Of a DNA stretch of 64,000 bases, positions 27,001 to 39,151 are shown in pieces. The translations under genes and the position numbers were made by a program. The notes under the pieces were generated by a model. It made no database searches. It was not told the origin of the DNA and saw only the letters and a list, made by a program, of their open reading frames with translations. Source of the stretch: Macrostomum lignano (Eukaryota). The stretch covers positions 111,323 through 175,322 of the forward strand of contig NIVC01000119.1 in NCBI GenBank assembly GCA_002269645.1. Direction: 5' to 3'. Numbering within the stretch: the stretch's first letter is position 1; each line of letters starts with the position of its first letter.

Positions 27001-30000
27001 CTTGGCGCTTTGGTTGGGAGGGCGTGTAATATAGCTTCATGTGACTCGCGCATAGACCAAAGAAAATTAGATTGATAAACGGGCGTCACGTGATTAGAAT
27101 TTTGTAATTAATTTAGCTCTTTAACTGCACATTTGAATTGCAAGCCCAGTACAAAGTTTAGCGAGGGCAAGCTCCAAGTCACTACGTGTACAATCCTCCC
27201 CAGACTAAAAGGCTTATGTCCCTTATGAAATAGCTATGTACAGTGTTTTGGAATGACTTTATTTATAGCTTTCTTTGCAACCACGTTGGAGAAGAAGCTT
27301 TGGCATTAGGGTATCTCCTAATATACTTCTTCTAATATACTAAATCTCTAAGGTTTATATGTTTGTCCATAATAGTGTACTATCTGTTTGAGAGTACAAG
27401 TTTTATGTCCCACAAAACTGGCCTGACTTTCCAAGCTCTTAAGGCTCTTAAGCTGATGCTAAGAGCCAAAACAACCAGAACCAGCTTAATGGGGTGGTAT
27501 ATCCATGCTACGCTCTGGAGACTTTAGACAATTTTTTTACATTGAGGCCTTCGGTGGCCTATTATAGAAGATTCCAGCTCATGGCTGCAGGTCAGATGAG
27601 ACAGGGAGAAAAAATGAAAGAGAATAGAGGGAGAAAAGAAGAAATAAGAAATAAGACTAGAGAGAAGTGAGAGAAGAGGGGGGAGACTAGAGAGAGATTA
27701 GAGAGAAGAGAAACAGAACAGACAAAGAATTTTTTTGAGCTTCTCAAAGTTATTTTTCATTGGTACAAAACTAAGTTTATCAAGTTGTATGAAAACCCAC
27801 GTCTAAAAAGAAGCCCGTTCACTGGTGGCAAAAAGACATGTGCATCTTCATACTATTTGTGTTGTTGATATTACATTTGTACTAGATACCTAGTAAGCAG
27901 TTGCATAGATCCTATGAGTTAGGGTTGCTAATATAGTGGCAGTACATATTGCAAATAGATGCAAGAAAAATGCACTTAGCAGCTAATATCAGTGTTTTTG
28001 TTGGGCTTCCAGTTTGCTATTCTTTATCATTTGTTTGTAGAAAAGTGATAGCTGCATAAAAAGGATTCCACAAATATTGTCTAAAGAAAAGTTACCATTG
28101 ACTAATTCTGCCACTGAAACATGTCTATTGGACCTGTCCCAAAGCCAAATACTAAATGCTTTTAGGAAATTGAGATGTCTATAATCACTGCCTCTTCAAC
28201 CACTAGAGCCATCATTGTAGCTTGAATTATTGTGGTAGCTTCTTCATTTACTGCCACTTCCACCTTAGCTTTTGCTTCCTTTGTCACTTATTTCCATCTC
28301 ATTTTTGCCTGATATCAAGTATTCAGACAGTGGGTATAGCTTTGCCAATGTCTCAAGCAGTTGTTTATTCACTAGCTAAAATTGTGAAAGCTGCTTCTTA
28401 GTGCTATCCTAAAAGTGATGTGTTTATTATAAGCCACTTGATGATTCTGTCTTTTTTGCCAGAATTTAAAAACACTAAGCTTACCTTTTCTTGATATAAA
28501 TTATGGTTGCTCTAAAAAATTGTGGCAGCACAAGAGCTAGGATATCCTTGAGTGTCTTCTTTTTCTTAATTGATTCTTGAGCAAATACAAGGCCTAGTGA
28601 ATCCAATGAGTCATCTAATACAACCTAAACATATAGTTAGTTCTATAATATGTACAATATATATGATGAATATGAATATCTAAGATGTATGACTAAGTCA
28701 ATTATTGAACTTAAGTCAATAATTAATGTCTATAATTGTCACAATTTAGTGAATTTTCAACTAATTAGTTGAATAATTAGTTGATAAGTTAAGCTTATAA
28801 TTAAATAGAACTATTAAACAACAAAGAAGCTTATCTAGACAATAGGTGCAGCAAAGTGCTGTCTTTTGTAGAGTCCTTTACAGTACTATTTCTCAGTACT
28901 AACTTTCAAAGCAAGCACTCTGAGTTTTCCAACTCTTCCAGCAGAATCAGATGCTTTTTGTTTGTTTTAATAACCTGTATATTGGCTTTGAAAATGACAG
29001 AAAACTTCATGATAACAAAAAACTCATCTTCTTATATAGAGTGACAGCTTATTTAGGAAAACATAAGCAAGGCTGCAGCTTTGAAAGGTTGGTGTAGAGA
29101 AATCTCATTGGTTGCCAATATAAGTCCAAGCATTGATGAACACAAGAACCAATTTCTATTAGGTCCTAATAATATTTTATGTTAAGAAAATAGAACATTT
29201 CTAAACATTGATAGTATGACAATCATCATTTTTTACTTTTTACTACTTGCTAAAGTGCTTAAATTTAGTACTTTCTAGTTTCTAATCTAAGCATATTGAA
29301 AATCCGGTCTTAGTCTACTGATATGGCTAATATTGATTAGTTTTCTTGGATTTCCCTTATTTATAATGTATTAAAATTGGCAGAATTGCTGCCTTTGAAA
29401 ATCCTGAAAGCTAATTGAGATAGAGACATGATTATTTCTGCACAAGACACCAACTAGCCAAATCTAAACATCTATTTGAAAATCAGGTCTAAGTCTATGG
29501 ATACAACTTGGCAATTCCTGTTAGATTTTTCCTGATTTCTCTTATCTTGCTTGTATTTCTTTAGAATTCTTGAACAACTTCAAAACACATTCATTAAAAT
29601 GAAATTTCACAATCTTTAGCAGTCTTTTTATTGACAGTTGCCTATTGTCAGTAGCATTTTTAGAAACATTTTTGACTGCAAAACATTCTAACAAAGTAGC
29701 ACTGTGAAAATTCTGAAAAACTTGGCTTCGAAAGTGTAATGTTCTGGCGTCCAGCACTATCTGTTGGACTGGGCGCCACTGCTTCACTGGGAAGTGCTAT
29801 AAATATTCAAATCACCAGACTTTACTTATGTACAAGTACTACTGATGTGTTCCTTATTACTGAGACCTTTCTCGGTAATCAAGGAACAATCACTTCTAGC
29901 CACTGCTAGGAAACCCAGTAATCAACTGAAGGTATTGCTTACCTTGAGTACGTTGACTTCTCGTGGTTAGTTCTCCGGAACTTCTTGTCTTCTACTGGTG

Positions 30001-30783
30001 CAGGCGCCTGACTTCTGTAGTTCCAGTCCAAAGTCTATTTCAGTCTCTCAAATTGTCTTCGGCTGGTATCTATCGTGTGGACCAATCAGAAGCTTCGTAT
30101 TAACAATGGGGATCCCTGCGCCTTAATGCGGTTTCAAATAAGCCTTTTCCTTCTAGCGGTGTCTTAATGCACCCTAGGTATCGCTCCGGTATTCACTGAT
30201 AGTCCTCTAAGATCTAGCAGGGTAGTCCTGGAGACTACAACCAATGGAGTCACAAATGGACTCAAGAGTCTCAACAGACTCTAACACTATAACAATAGTG
30301 AGTCGACTCAAACAACGGGCGCAAATGAGCAAGGCTTACTGCAACAACTCGACTGAGTCTCGATTGACTTGGTGATCAGGAAGTCCTCCTAAGGCTTCCT
30401 CTCGGAGCTTCTCCTATCGTCGGGAGTTGGCTCCGGGTCCGCTTCGGACCACTTGTATTTATAGGCAAATGGACCTCTCTCGAGGTCGTCCATGATTTTT
30501 TTCGTAAATGTCAAAGGGTCACGCTTTGGTTGCTGTCAAGCATGACAGGGTAGAATGAGGGAGGTAGAACACTACACTACAAGCACAAGGTTTAGTAGTT
30601 AACAATATGAGCTACATTTGAATTGTATATAAAAATAAATTGTTTCTATGCTTAAAGCTTTTCTGTGTGGTAGAAAAATAAGTGTTTTATTTCTGTCACT
30701 GTCCATTTAAGGCACTCTCTGCTTATTTAATTGTCTGCACATCTGAGCAACTGATTGTTCCTTTCTTACAGCTATAGAGCACC

Positions 30784-30882
30784 ATGTCTAAGCGCAGCAC
30801 ATCTCGTTCTACTAAGTTCCGTGTCTCGCTAGGCCTTCCAGTTGGGGCCGCCATCAACTGTGCCGACAATAGTGGAGCCAAG
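30784..30882 (+). CDS. RPL23: 60S ribosomal protein L23 (uL14), exon 1
   Basis: [33 protein letters not shown]; GTATGT donor; TTTCTTACAG acceptor 12 nt upstream of the ATG. Confidence 0.92.
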
Positions 30883-30914
30883 GTATGTTATTAATGTACC
30901 AGAATTAGTTGCTT

Positions 30915-31372
30915 GGCCAGTCTCCCAGATCCTCAGTTTCTGGGCCAGTCTCCCAGATGCTCAGTTGCTGGGCCAGCCTCCAAGATCCCCAGTTGCTGGG
31001 CCAGCCTCTCAGATCCTCAGTTACTGGGCCAGCCTCCCAGTGTCAGTTGCCGGCCCAGCCTCCCAGATCCTCAGTTACTGGGCCAGCCTCCAAGATCCTC
31101 AGTTGCTGGGCCAGCCTCCAAGATCCCCAGTTGCTGGGCCAGCCTCCCAGTGTCAGTTGCCGGCCCAGCCTCCCAGATCCTCAGTTGCTGGGCCAGCCTC
31201 CAAGATCCTCAGTTGCTGGGCCAGCCTCCAAGATCCTCAGTTGCTGGGCCAGCCTCCAAGATCCTCAGTTGCTGGGCCAGCCTCCAAGATCCTCAGTTGC
31301 TGGGCCAGCCTCCCAGATCCTCAGTTGCTGGGCCAGCCTCCCAGATCCTCAGTTGCTGGGCCAGTCTCCAAG
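30915..31372. repeat. 28-bp minisatellite in RPL23 intron (GATCCTCAGTTGCTGGGCCAGCCTCCAA)
   Basis: Direct reading. Confidence 0.95.
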
Positions 31373-31541
31373 ATCTACAACGTAGAATACTCGTATATAC
31401 AGTCGTCTTAATCCCTCAATATACTACTAGTGATAGAGTAGAAGTTAGCGCTCCTGCGCATTGAGAAGTGTATAGGCATTTGTTTATTTTTCTAAAAAAA
31501 ACGGTTACTATTATTACTTATCAATCAATCAACAAACCCAG

Positions 31542-31859
31542 GTGCTCAACCTGTTCGCCGTCACTGGCATCCGCGGCCGATTGAACCGTCTGCCAGCTGC
31601 CGGTGTCGGCGACTTGATCGTCTGCAGCGTGCGCAAAGGCAAAGCCGACCTGCGCAAGAAAGTCATCCTGGCCGTTATCATCCGACAGCGCAAATCTATT
31701 CGGCGAAAAAATGGCGACATTATCTACTTTGAAGACAATGCCGGGGTCATTGTTAATAACAAGGGTGAGATGAAGGGCTCAGCTGTCACTGGCCCAGTTG
31801 CTAAGGAAGCCGCGGAGCTGTGGCCTAAAATTGCTTCGAGTTGCACCTCCATCAAGTGA
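31542..31859 (+). CDS. RPL23: 60S ribosomal protein L23 (uL14), exon 2
   Basis: CCCAG acceptor; [56 protein letters not shown]; 138 aa total. Confidence 0.93.
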   Translation: MLNLFAVTGIRGRLNRLPAAGVGDLIVCSVRKGKADLRKKVILAVIIRQRKSIRRKNGDIIYFEDNAGVIVNNKGEMKGSAVTGPVAKEAAELWPKIASSCTSIK

Positions 31860-32090
31860 GGCGTAACTGTAACTGACTGTGCGCTAAAGACTGTTTAATT
31901 AAGGAGTTGATTCAGTTGATAAATACAGAGTTCATTGTGCTGCTGGATTGCTGAGAAATTGCGTGGCACTGTGCGGATCTTGTGGAGCACACACTTGTTT
32001 CTTGTGCTGTTGGGTCTGGAAGAAAATTGATTGCCGCGTTTTATAATTTAGTTCCGTTTTTTCAAGCTATTTCAATTTCATTCTATCTTT

Positions 32091-33340
32091 CCCGCCCCCT
32101 TCATCCACTTCATTCCGCCCGCTCCATCCACTTCATTCCGCCTCCCCCCTTCATCCACTTCATTCCGCCCCCTTCATCCACTTCATTCCGCCTCCCCCCT
32201 TCATCCACTTCATTCCGCCTCCCCCCTTCACCCACTTCATTCCGCCCCCTTCATCCACTTCATTCCGCCCCCTTCATCCACTTCATTCCGCCTCCCCCCT
32301 TCACCCACTTCATTCCGCCTCCCCCCTTCACCCACTTCATTCCGCCTCCCCCCTCCATCCACTTCATTCCGCCCCCTTCATCCACTTCATTCCGCCCGCT
32401 CCATCCACTTCATTCCGCCTCCCCCCTTCATCCACTTCATTCCGCCCCCTTCATCCACTTCATTCCGCCTCCCCCCTTCACCCACTTCATTCCGCCCCCC
32501 CCCTCCATCCACTTCATTCCGCCCCCTTCATCCACTTCATTCCGCCTCCCCCTTCATCCACTTCATTCCGCCTCCCCCTTCATCCACTTCATTCCGCCCC
32601 CTTCATCCACTTCATTCCGCCTCCCCCTTCATCCACTTCATTCCGCCTCCCCCTTCATCCACTTCATTCCGCCCCCTTCATCCACTTCATTCCGCCCGCT
32701 CCATCCACTTCATTCCGCCTCCTCCCTTCATCCACTTCATTCCGCCTCCCCCATTCATCCACTTCATTCCGCCCTCTTCATCCACTTCATTCCGCCTCCC
32801 CCCTTCATCCACTTCATTCCGCCTCCTCCCTTCATCCACTTCATTCCGCCTCCCCCATTCATCCACTTCATTCCGCTCCCTTCATCCACTTCATTCCGCC
32901 TCCCCCCTTCATCCACTTCATTCCGCCTCCCCCATTCATCCACTTCATTCCGCCTCCCCCATTCATCCACTTCATTCCGCCCCCTTCATCCACTTCATTC
33001 CGCCTCCCCCCTTCATCCACTTCATTCCGCCTCCCCCCTTCATCCACTTCATTCCGCCTCCCCCCTTCATCCACTTCATTCCGCCTCCTCCCTTCATCCA
33101 CTTCATTCCGCCCCCTTCATCCACTTCATTCCGCCCGCTCCATCCACTTCATTCCGCCTCCTCCCTTCATCCACTTCATTCCGCCTCCCCCATTCATCCA
33201 CTTCATTCCGCCTCCCCCATTCATCCACTTCATTCCGCCCCCTTCATCCACTTCATTCCGCCTCCCCCCTTCATCCACTTCATTCCGCCTCCCCCCTTCA
33301 TCCACTTCATTCCGCCTCCCCCATTCATCCACTTCATTCC
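32091..33340. repeat. 23-27-bp C-rich minisatellite (CATCCACTTCATTCCGCCTCCCCCCTT)
   Basis: Direct reading. Confidence 0.96.
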
Positions 33341-34136
33341 GTTCTTTAATCGAATTAACCTCGCTTCGCCTTCTTTCGATAGGTTTTACTTAGAAACTTG
33401 TCATAAACAAATGCCCATACAAGCTTTTCAAGACTGTAATTAACTATAAATTAGATAATTACTTGTATTTTAAGGGAGTCCAGAGGATTACGGCTTGTTT
33501 GATGCAGATTAATTTTGAAGCAACGGGGGTAGGCACGAGTGACAAGGAATGATAAGGTTAATTGAATCATCACTCCAGGTTTTGACAACAAGATGAAAAA
33601 TCAATCTGAATCCAATTCGGCCGATGATAGAAAATATGAATGCTTGCCTTCTACAAGGGGTGATACAAGCTATATCAGACACACCCGCGCATATAACTTT
33701 ACATGTAGATTTGGCATTTATGTAGTCTATAACTCTCACTATTTTTTGCGCCTTGATATGCACACTGTGTGTACTTACTGTGTCGATCTCGTCTGAAAAG
33801 GAGAAGGAATTCTTACTACTATTTGTAGTCTTCTATCCTCTGTAAATATAGATCGATCGGTATTTATGTACAGTAATATAATAGTCACTATATATCGGGG
33901 TGTATGCACCTAGAGGTAGGTGAAAAGTTCATGTTGAACTATACTGGTGCCTATGAAGGATTTAAGAACACTCTGGTCTCTTATTCCGTGTTGAATGTGT
34001 TTGGGGTGAAGCTCAATTGTTTAAAGCTGCGACGTGACAGTGACTGAACTGTCCATACATGCGCAACACCCGGCCGGCTGACGAGGGGCCCAGCTTTAGT
34101 AAGACGTGAAAATGCCCATTCAAACGAATTCAGACA

Positions 34137-34200
34137 CACTACTTAGATGACGAGGCATTTTGACCCTAGTAATACAGTCAGTTACTCCTGCCGTTTACCC
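34137..34200 (-). other. 28S rRNA-derived fragment (R2 insertion-site region)
   Basis: Reverse complement GGGTAAACGGCAGGAGTAACTGACTGTATTACTAGGGTCAAAATGCCTCGTCATCTAAGTAGTG; flanks near-identical to 28S, centre diverged. Confidence 0.7.
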
Positions 34201-35410
34201 CAAAGGAGCCGGCGGAATGGGCAGATCTTGCAGGGACAATGTCGCCGAAGAAGGCGTTGCGCCAGAGTGAGGCCCTAAGTTCTGCTTGATCTTATCAGTA
34301 GGTGGAGAGAGTAGGTGAAAATGTAATTACAATGTGACAAACCGATCATTTATGTCCTAATGGATTGTAGGGCTACTTTGGTTAAATAGCAAGCTGGGAT
34401 TATTAGCATGCAGTGCAGCGGAATGAGAAACAGCTGAAGATAATATTATAATTTATAATATAGCATTTTGCAGCCCTTTAAGTTACGAACGTTTCAACGT
34501 ACTGTACTGACTGACACACGTACTGCATGCTTTAAAAGCGATTTCGTGCTTCGAAAGATCAGAAAAGCATTGTACACCACACTTATATTAAAGTTAAACA
34601 TTTACAGTGTAGGCTACCTGCAGTTCTTCCTGTGCATTTCTTGTGAAAAAAAATATTAAAAAACTTTCCCGACTTTCAAGCTCGCGCTGCACTGAAGGCG
34701 GAATAAACTGCTCAACTTTTCTAAGCTATAGCAGTAGTTTCAGCGCACTCGCAACTGAATATCTATATACACATCTATAGTGGCTTCCTATATACTATAG
34801 TAAGAATACCGTTTCTTGGCCAGCCTTCACCCTCCTGGGTATGTTTAATCTGCGTTGGTGATCGAAATTAGATTCTTTCACCCGCGGCGGCCACCTATAG
34901 GCTATAAGAACTAAATTTTTCATTTCTGTTTCCCTCTGGTTGCTAAGTGTGAGTCAAAATATACTGAACGAAAAGTTTCGTTTAGTAGTATGATCTTCTT
35001 TCTATGAGATATTTTTTCAGTATTATTATTTTATTTTTGAGTCCTATTTATTATTTTAGTATTTTAATTTAGTATTAATTATTTTATCTTCACCTATTTT
35101 GGTTTCCATATTCATATTTAATGATTGTTTATTTATTGTACCATTGATTATCTTGCACATTAACTTTAAAATTAAAACATTCTTTATGTAACGTATAGAT
35201 AATGAAGTGCCGGTAAAAACGGGATTTGAACGATATAGCTAGTCGAAACTTTAAAAAATTAGATTATTTATTGATGTAGGAACATCCTGCCCCCCCCCCC
35301 CCTAATTTTTGTGCACTCCCCTTTTCTGTGATTCCCGCGCCCCGCCCTCTTGCGTGTGACAGTTTTATGACCCCCTATCTCCCAAAGCTTTCCCTGTCTG
35401 TTGCGTAATC

Positions 35411-35488
35411 CCAATCATAAATCATTTTTCTCCGCTGCGCCTACCCCAATTTCGCGTCCAATCACAGCGCGGTTGGCGGGTGACGTCA
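35411..35488. promoter_or_regulatory. Promoter-like cluster: three CCAAT boxes plus perfect CRE palindrome
   Basis: CCAAT at 35411, 35446 and 35458; TGACGTCA at 35481-35488; CpG-rich context. Confidence 0.3.
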
Positions 35489-36469
35489 TCAGGGAGCTTG
35501 GTAACGGAGGTCAAGGACATGTTACGACCTTCAATATCACGCATCCGGCTCGCGTAAGAGACTGTCAAGGGGTCAAGAAACTTCGTCTGTTACATTATTA
35601 CTCGTAATTTTTCTTAATGATGTTATAACTTTCCAGACCTAAAAATTTGGCGAATTCTCGTGTCGATCGCTTTGATCAGTAAAAAATTCGCTTTGAAGTC
35701 CGCACGAACTCAGATAGTTGAAAATTAGATTCGTTTAGTCATTAAAGATTATCTAGATCAGGCTTCTCAGTCGATTTAGCCAATAATATTTTTTCTTCGA
35801 ACAACCTGCCAAAGATTAGACGATAATTAATGCCGTCAATTGTTCATTGCTAATATCGATCGATTGTGAACTTACATGTACGCTCGTACATTGCTTGACA
35901 GATAAAGTTCCTCTCGTGGGACCCCGCGAGGGGTGTGTTTTTAACAAGCTGTGGAGCTACATGGGGTTATTTAAGGGCGATAAGTTGAACATGTATTTGG
36001 CAGGAGATCGAGACTGTGTTTATTCGAAAGTAAGAATAGAGAGAGTATAAAGGATTAGATGATGGTGAATTAATAAAATGAAAAGGTGAGACGAAAGAGA
36101 TGACGAGGTGTTAAGAGACAGATTATGAGTTACAGGTAACTTGAGAAGCTTGAGAATTGAGGCATATATGTCAGGTGCGAAGAATGAGGTGCTTAAAATT
36201 GGTATAAGCCAGTGCGATAAGTAAACGTACTCATATTTTCCTCCCTGATATTTTTGAGACGCCAAAGCATCCCTGCTTTCTCGCCTCGCGTAGTGATCTA
36301 ACTACGCAAAAATATAAACGCATAACTTGATGAGGCTTTTAGGAGCCTGAGTCGACATGCTCCAACTTTCATGTGGTAGGGAAAAGTTTTGTAATTTCTG
36401 CTACATAGACATTAATACTTAGACATTATAGAAATATTGACCAAATATATAAATATTGGAAATCATGAC

Positions 36470-37335
36470 TTGAAAATCCATTAATTGGAAATCTATAGAC
36501 TGGAAATCTACAGTTTGGAAATCGACTGGAAATCTATGGACTGGAAATCCATGGACTGGAAATATATGGACTGGAAATCTACGGACTGGATGTCTATGGA
36601 CTGGAAATATATTGATTGGAAATCTATGGATTGGAAATCTATGAATTGAAAATCTACGGACTAGAAATCTATGGATAGGAAATCTATAGACAGGAAATAT
36701 ACGGATTGGAAATCTATGGACTGGAAATCTATGGACTGGAAATCCATGGACTGGAAATATATGGACTGGAAATCTACGGACTGGAAGTCTATGGACTGGA
36801 AATATATTGATTGGAAATCTATGGATTGGAAATCTATGAATTGAAAATCTACGGACTAGAAATCTATGGATAGGAAATCTATAGACAGGAAATATACGGA
36901 TTGGAAATCTATGGACTGGAAATATATGGACTGGAAATCTACGGACTGGAAGTCTATGGACTGGAAATATATTGATTGGAAATCTATGGATTGGAAATCT
37001 ATGAATTGAAAATCTACGGACTAGAAATCTATGGATAGGAAATCTATAGACAGGAAATATACGGATTGGAAATCTATGGACTGGAAATCCATGGACTGGA
37101 AATATATGGACTGGAAATCTACGGACTGGAAGTCTATGGACTGGAAATCCATGGACTGGAAATATATGGACTGGAAATCTACGGACTGGAAGTCTATGGA
37201 CTGGAAATATATTGATTGGAAAGCTATGGATTGGAAATCTATGAATTAAAAATCTATGGACTGGAAATCTATGGAATAGAAATCTATGAACTGGAAATCT
37301 ACGGATTGGAAATCTATGGACTAGAAATCTACGGA
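36470..37335. repeat. 15-bp minisatellite (GGAAATCTATGGACT) with higher-order blocks
   Basis: Direct reading; a variant block recurs at 36661, 36856 and 37021. Confidence 0.95.
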
Positions 37336-37874
37336 CATTAAAAGTCATCAATTTGTGGAACCTGCAAAATTCTCAAAAAAAGTATTGAGGTAATTAAAAT
37401 AGGCAGCCAACGCAACCAAACTTTCGCATCATTCATCTTGAGCAAAATTTGTCCAGCCAATCACCGGTTTTGAGGTAATAGGCGCGAACTGAATATTTTA
37501 CTGGGTCTAAAAGAGATTTATTCTGCGAGCGCCTTGCACGTAGCAGAGAGGCAGGAAAATAGCGTGAGCAACTGTGGCTAGTCGAGAACAAGGCCCTGGC
37601 TGGGGAGAAGTCCATTGAAATAAATCAATGCTGGATTGCGCTCCGAGGGATCTCACTTGTTGCGAATCGCTTCTGCTCGCTCTTCTCTCGCAAGGCCCAG
37701 CAGAAAAGAAAGAAGAAAGTCTTGATCGGAGCCACTCCTCCTCTCTCGCTATGCCCTGTTCCGATCTTCAAACTCCCTGAACAGATCTTCATTCTGCCCG
37801 TCTTGCACTGCTATTACACTCCCCACTGTGTGCTTTATTGTCTGTATGCAAACACGCTTCCATATGGGCTGCGG

Positions 37875-38662
<788 letters not shown>

Positions 38663-39151
38663 TTAATCATCTTTCACGGAAGAGTCTCGTTCTAGGGATT
38701 TTAGCAGAACATTGTCCCTAGGCGCTACAGAGCTTCGGTTCGACGTATTCCCGGCTCGGCTGCTGATAAATAATTCAGAAAGCCAGTGGACTGTCTGCAT
38801 TACAAAGGAATGTCAATGTGGCGTTCAAAAGGTGTTCTCTTGGTCTGAGTACTTACAGTCCAAAATTGACTGAATTAACACTAAAAATCCTATTTGTGGA
38901 TTCTTTAATTTATCCCTTAATTATCAACTATCTATGAAGAATTGGTTCATTTTAGTGTGTGAATTATAATGTCTGCTCTAACGATTTAATGCTGACATTG
39001 ACTGAAGAAAAAGTGTAAGCGCTCTGTTTATGCATAGCTTTAGAGTACTATAGAAACAGTTTATATTTATCAGGTTTACAAACACGGAACGCTTATTTTC
39101 GGACATAGTTGCGCAATGAGTGCTTGAAGTTGAGTTGTTCTGCACAGTCTG

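Noticed and set aside
31982-33349. 455-aa Pro/His/Phe-rich ORF resembling an extensin
   Set aside because: Translation of a C-rich minisatellite with variable unit length; GTG start; no coding hallmarks
34076-34112. CTGACGAG..GAAA as a second hammerhead
   Set aside because: No stem II closing before GAAA and no stem III/NUH
36419-37351. 310-aa (RFPVH)n ORF
   Set aside because: 15-bp minisatellite translation
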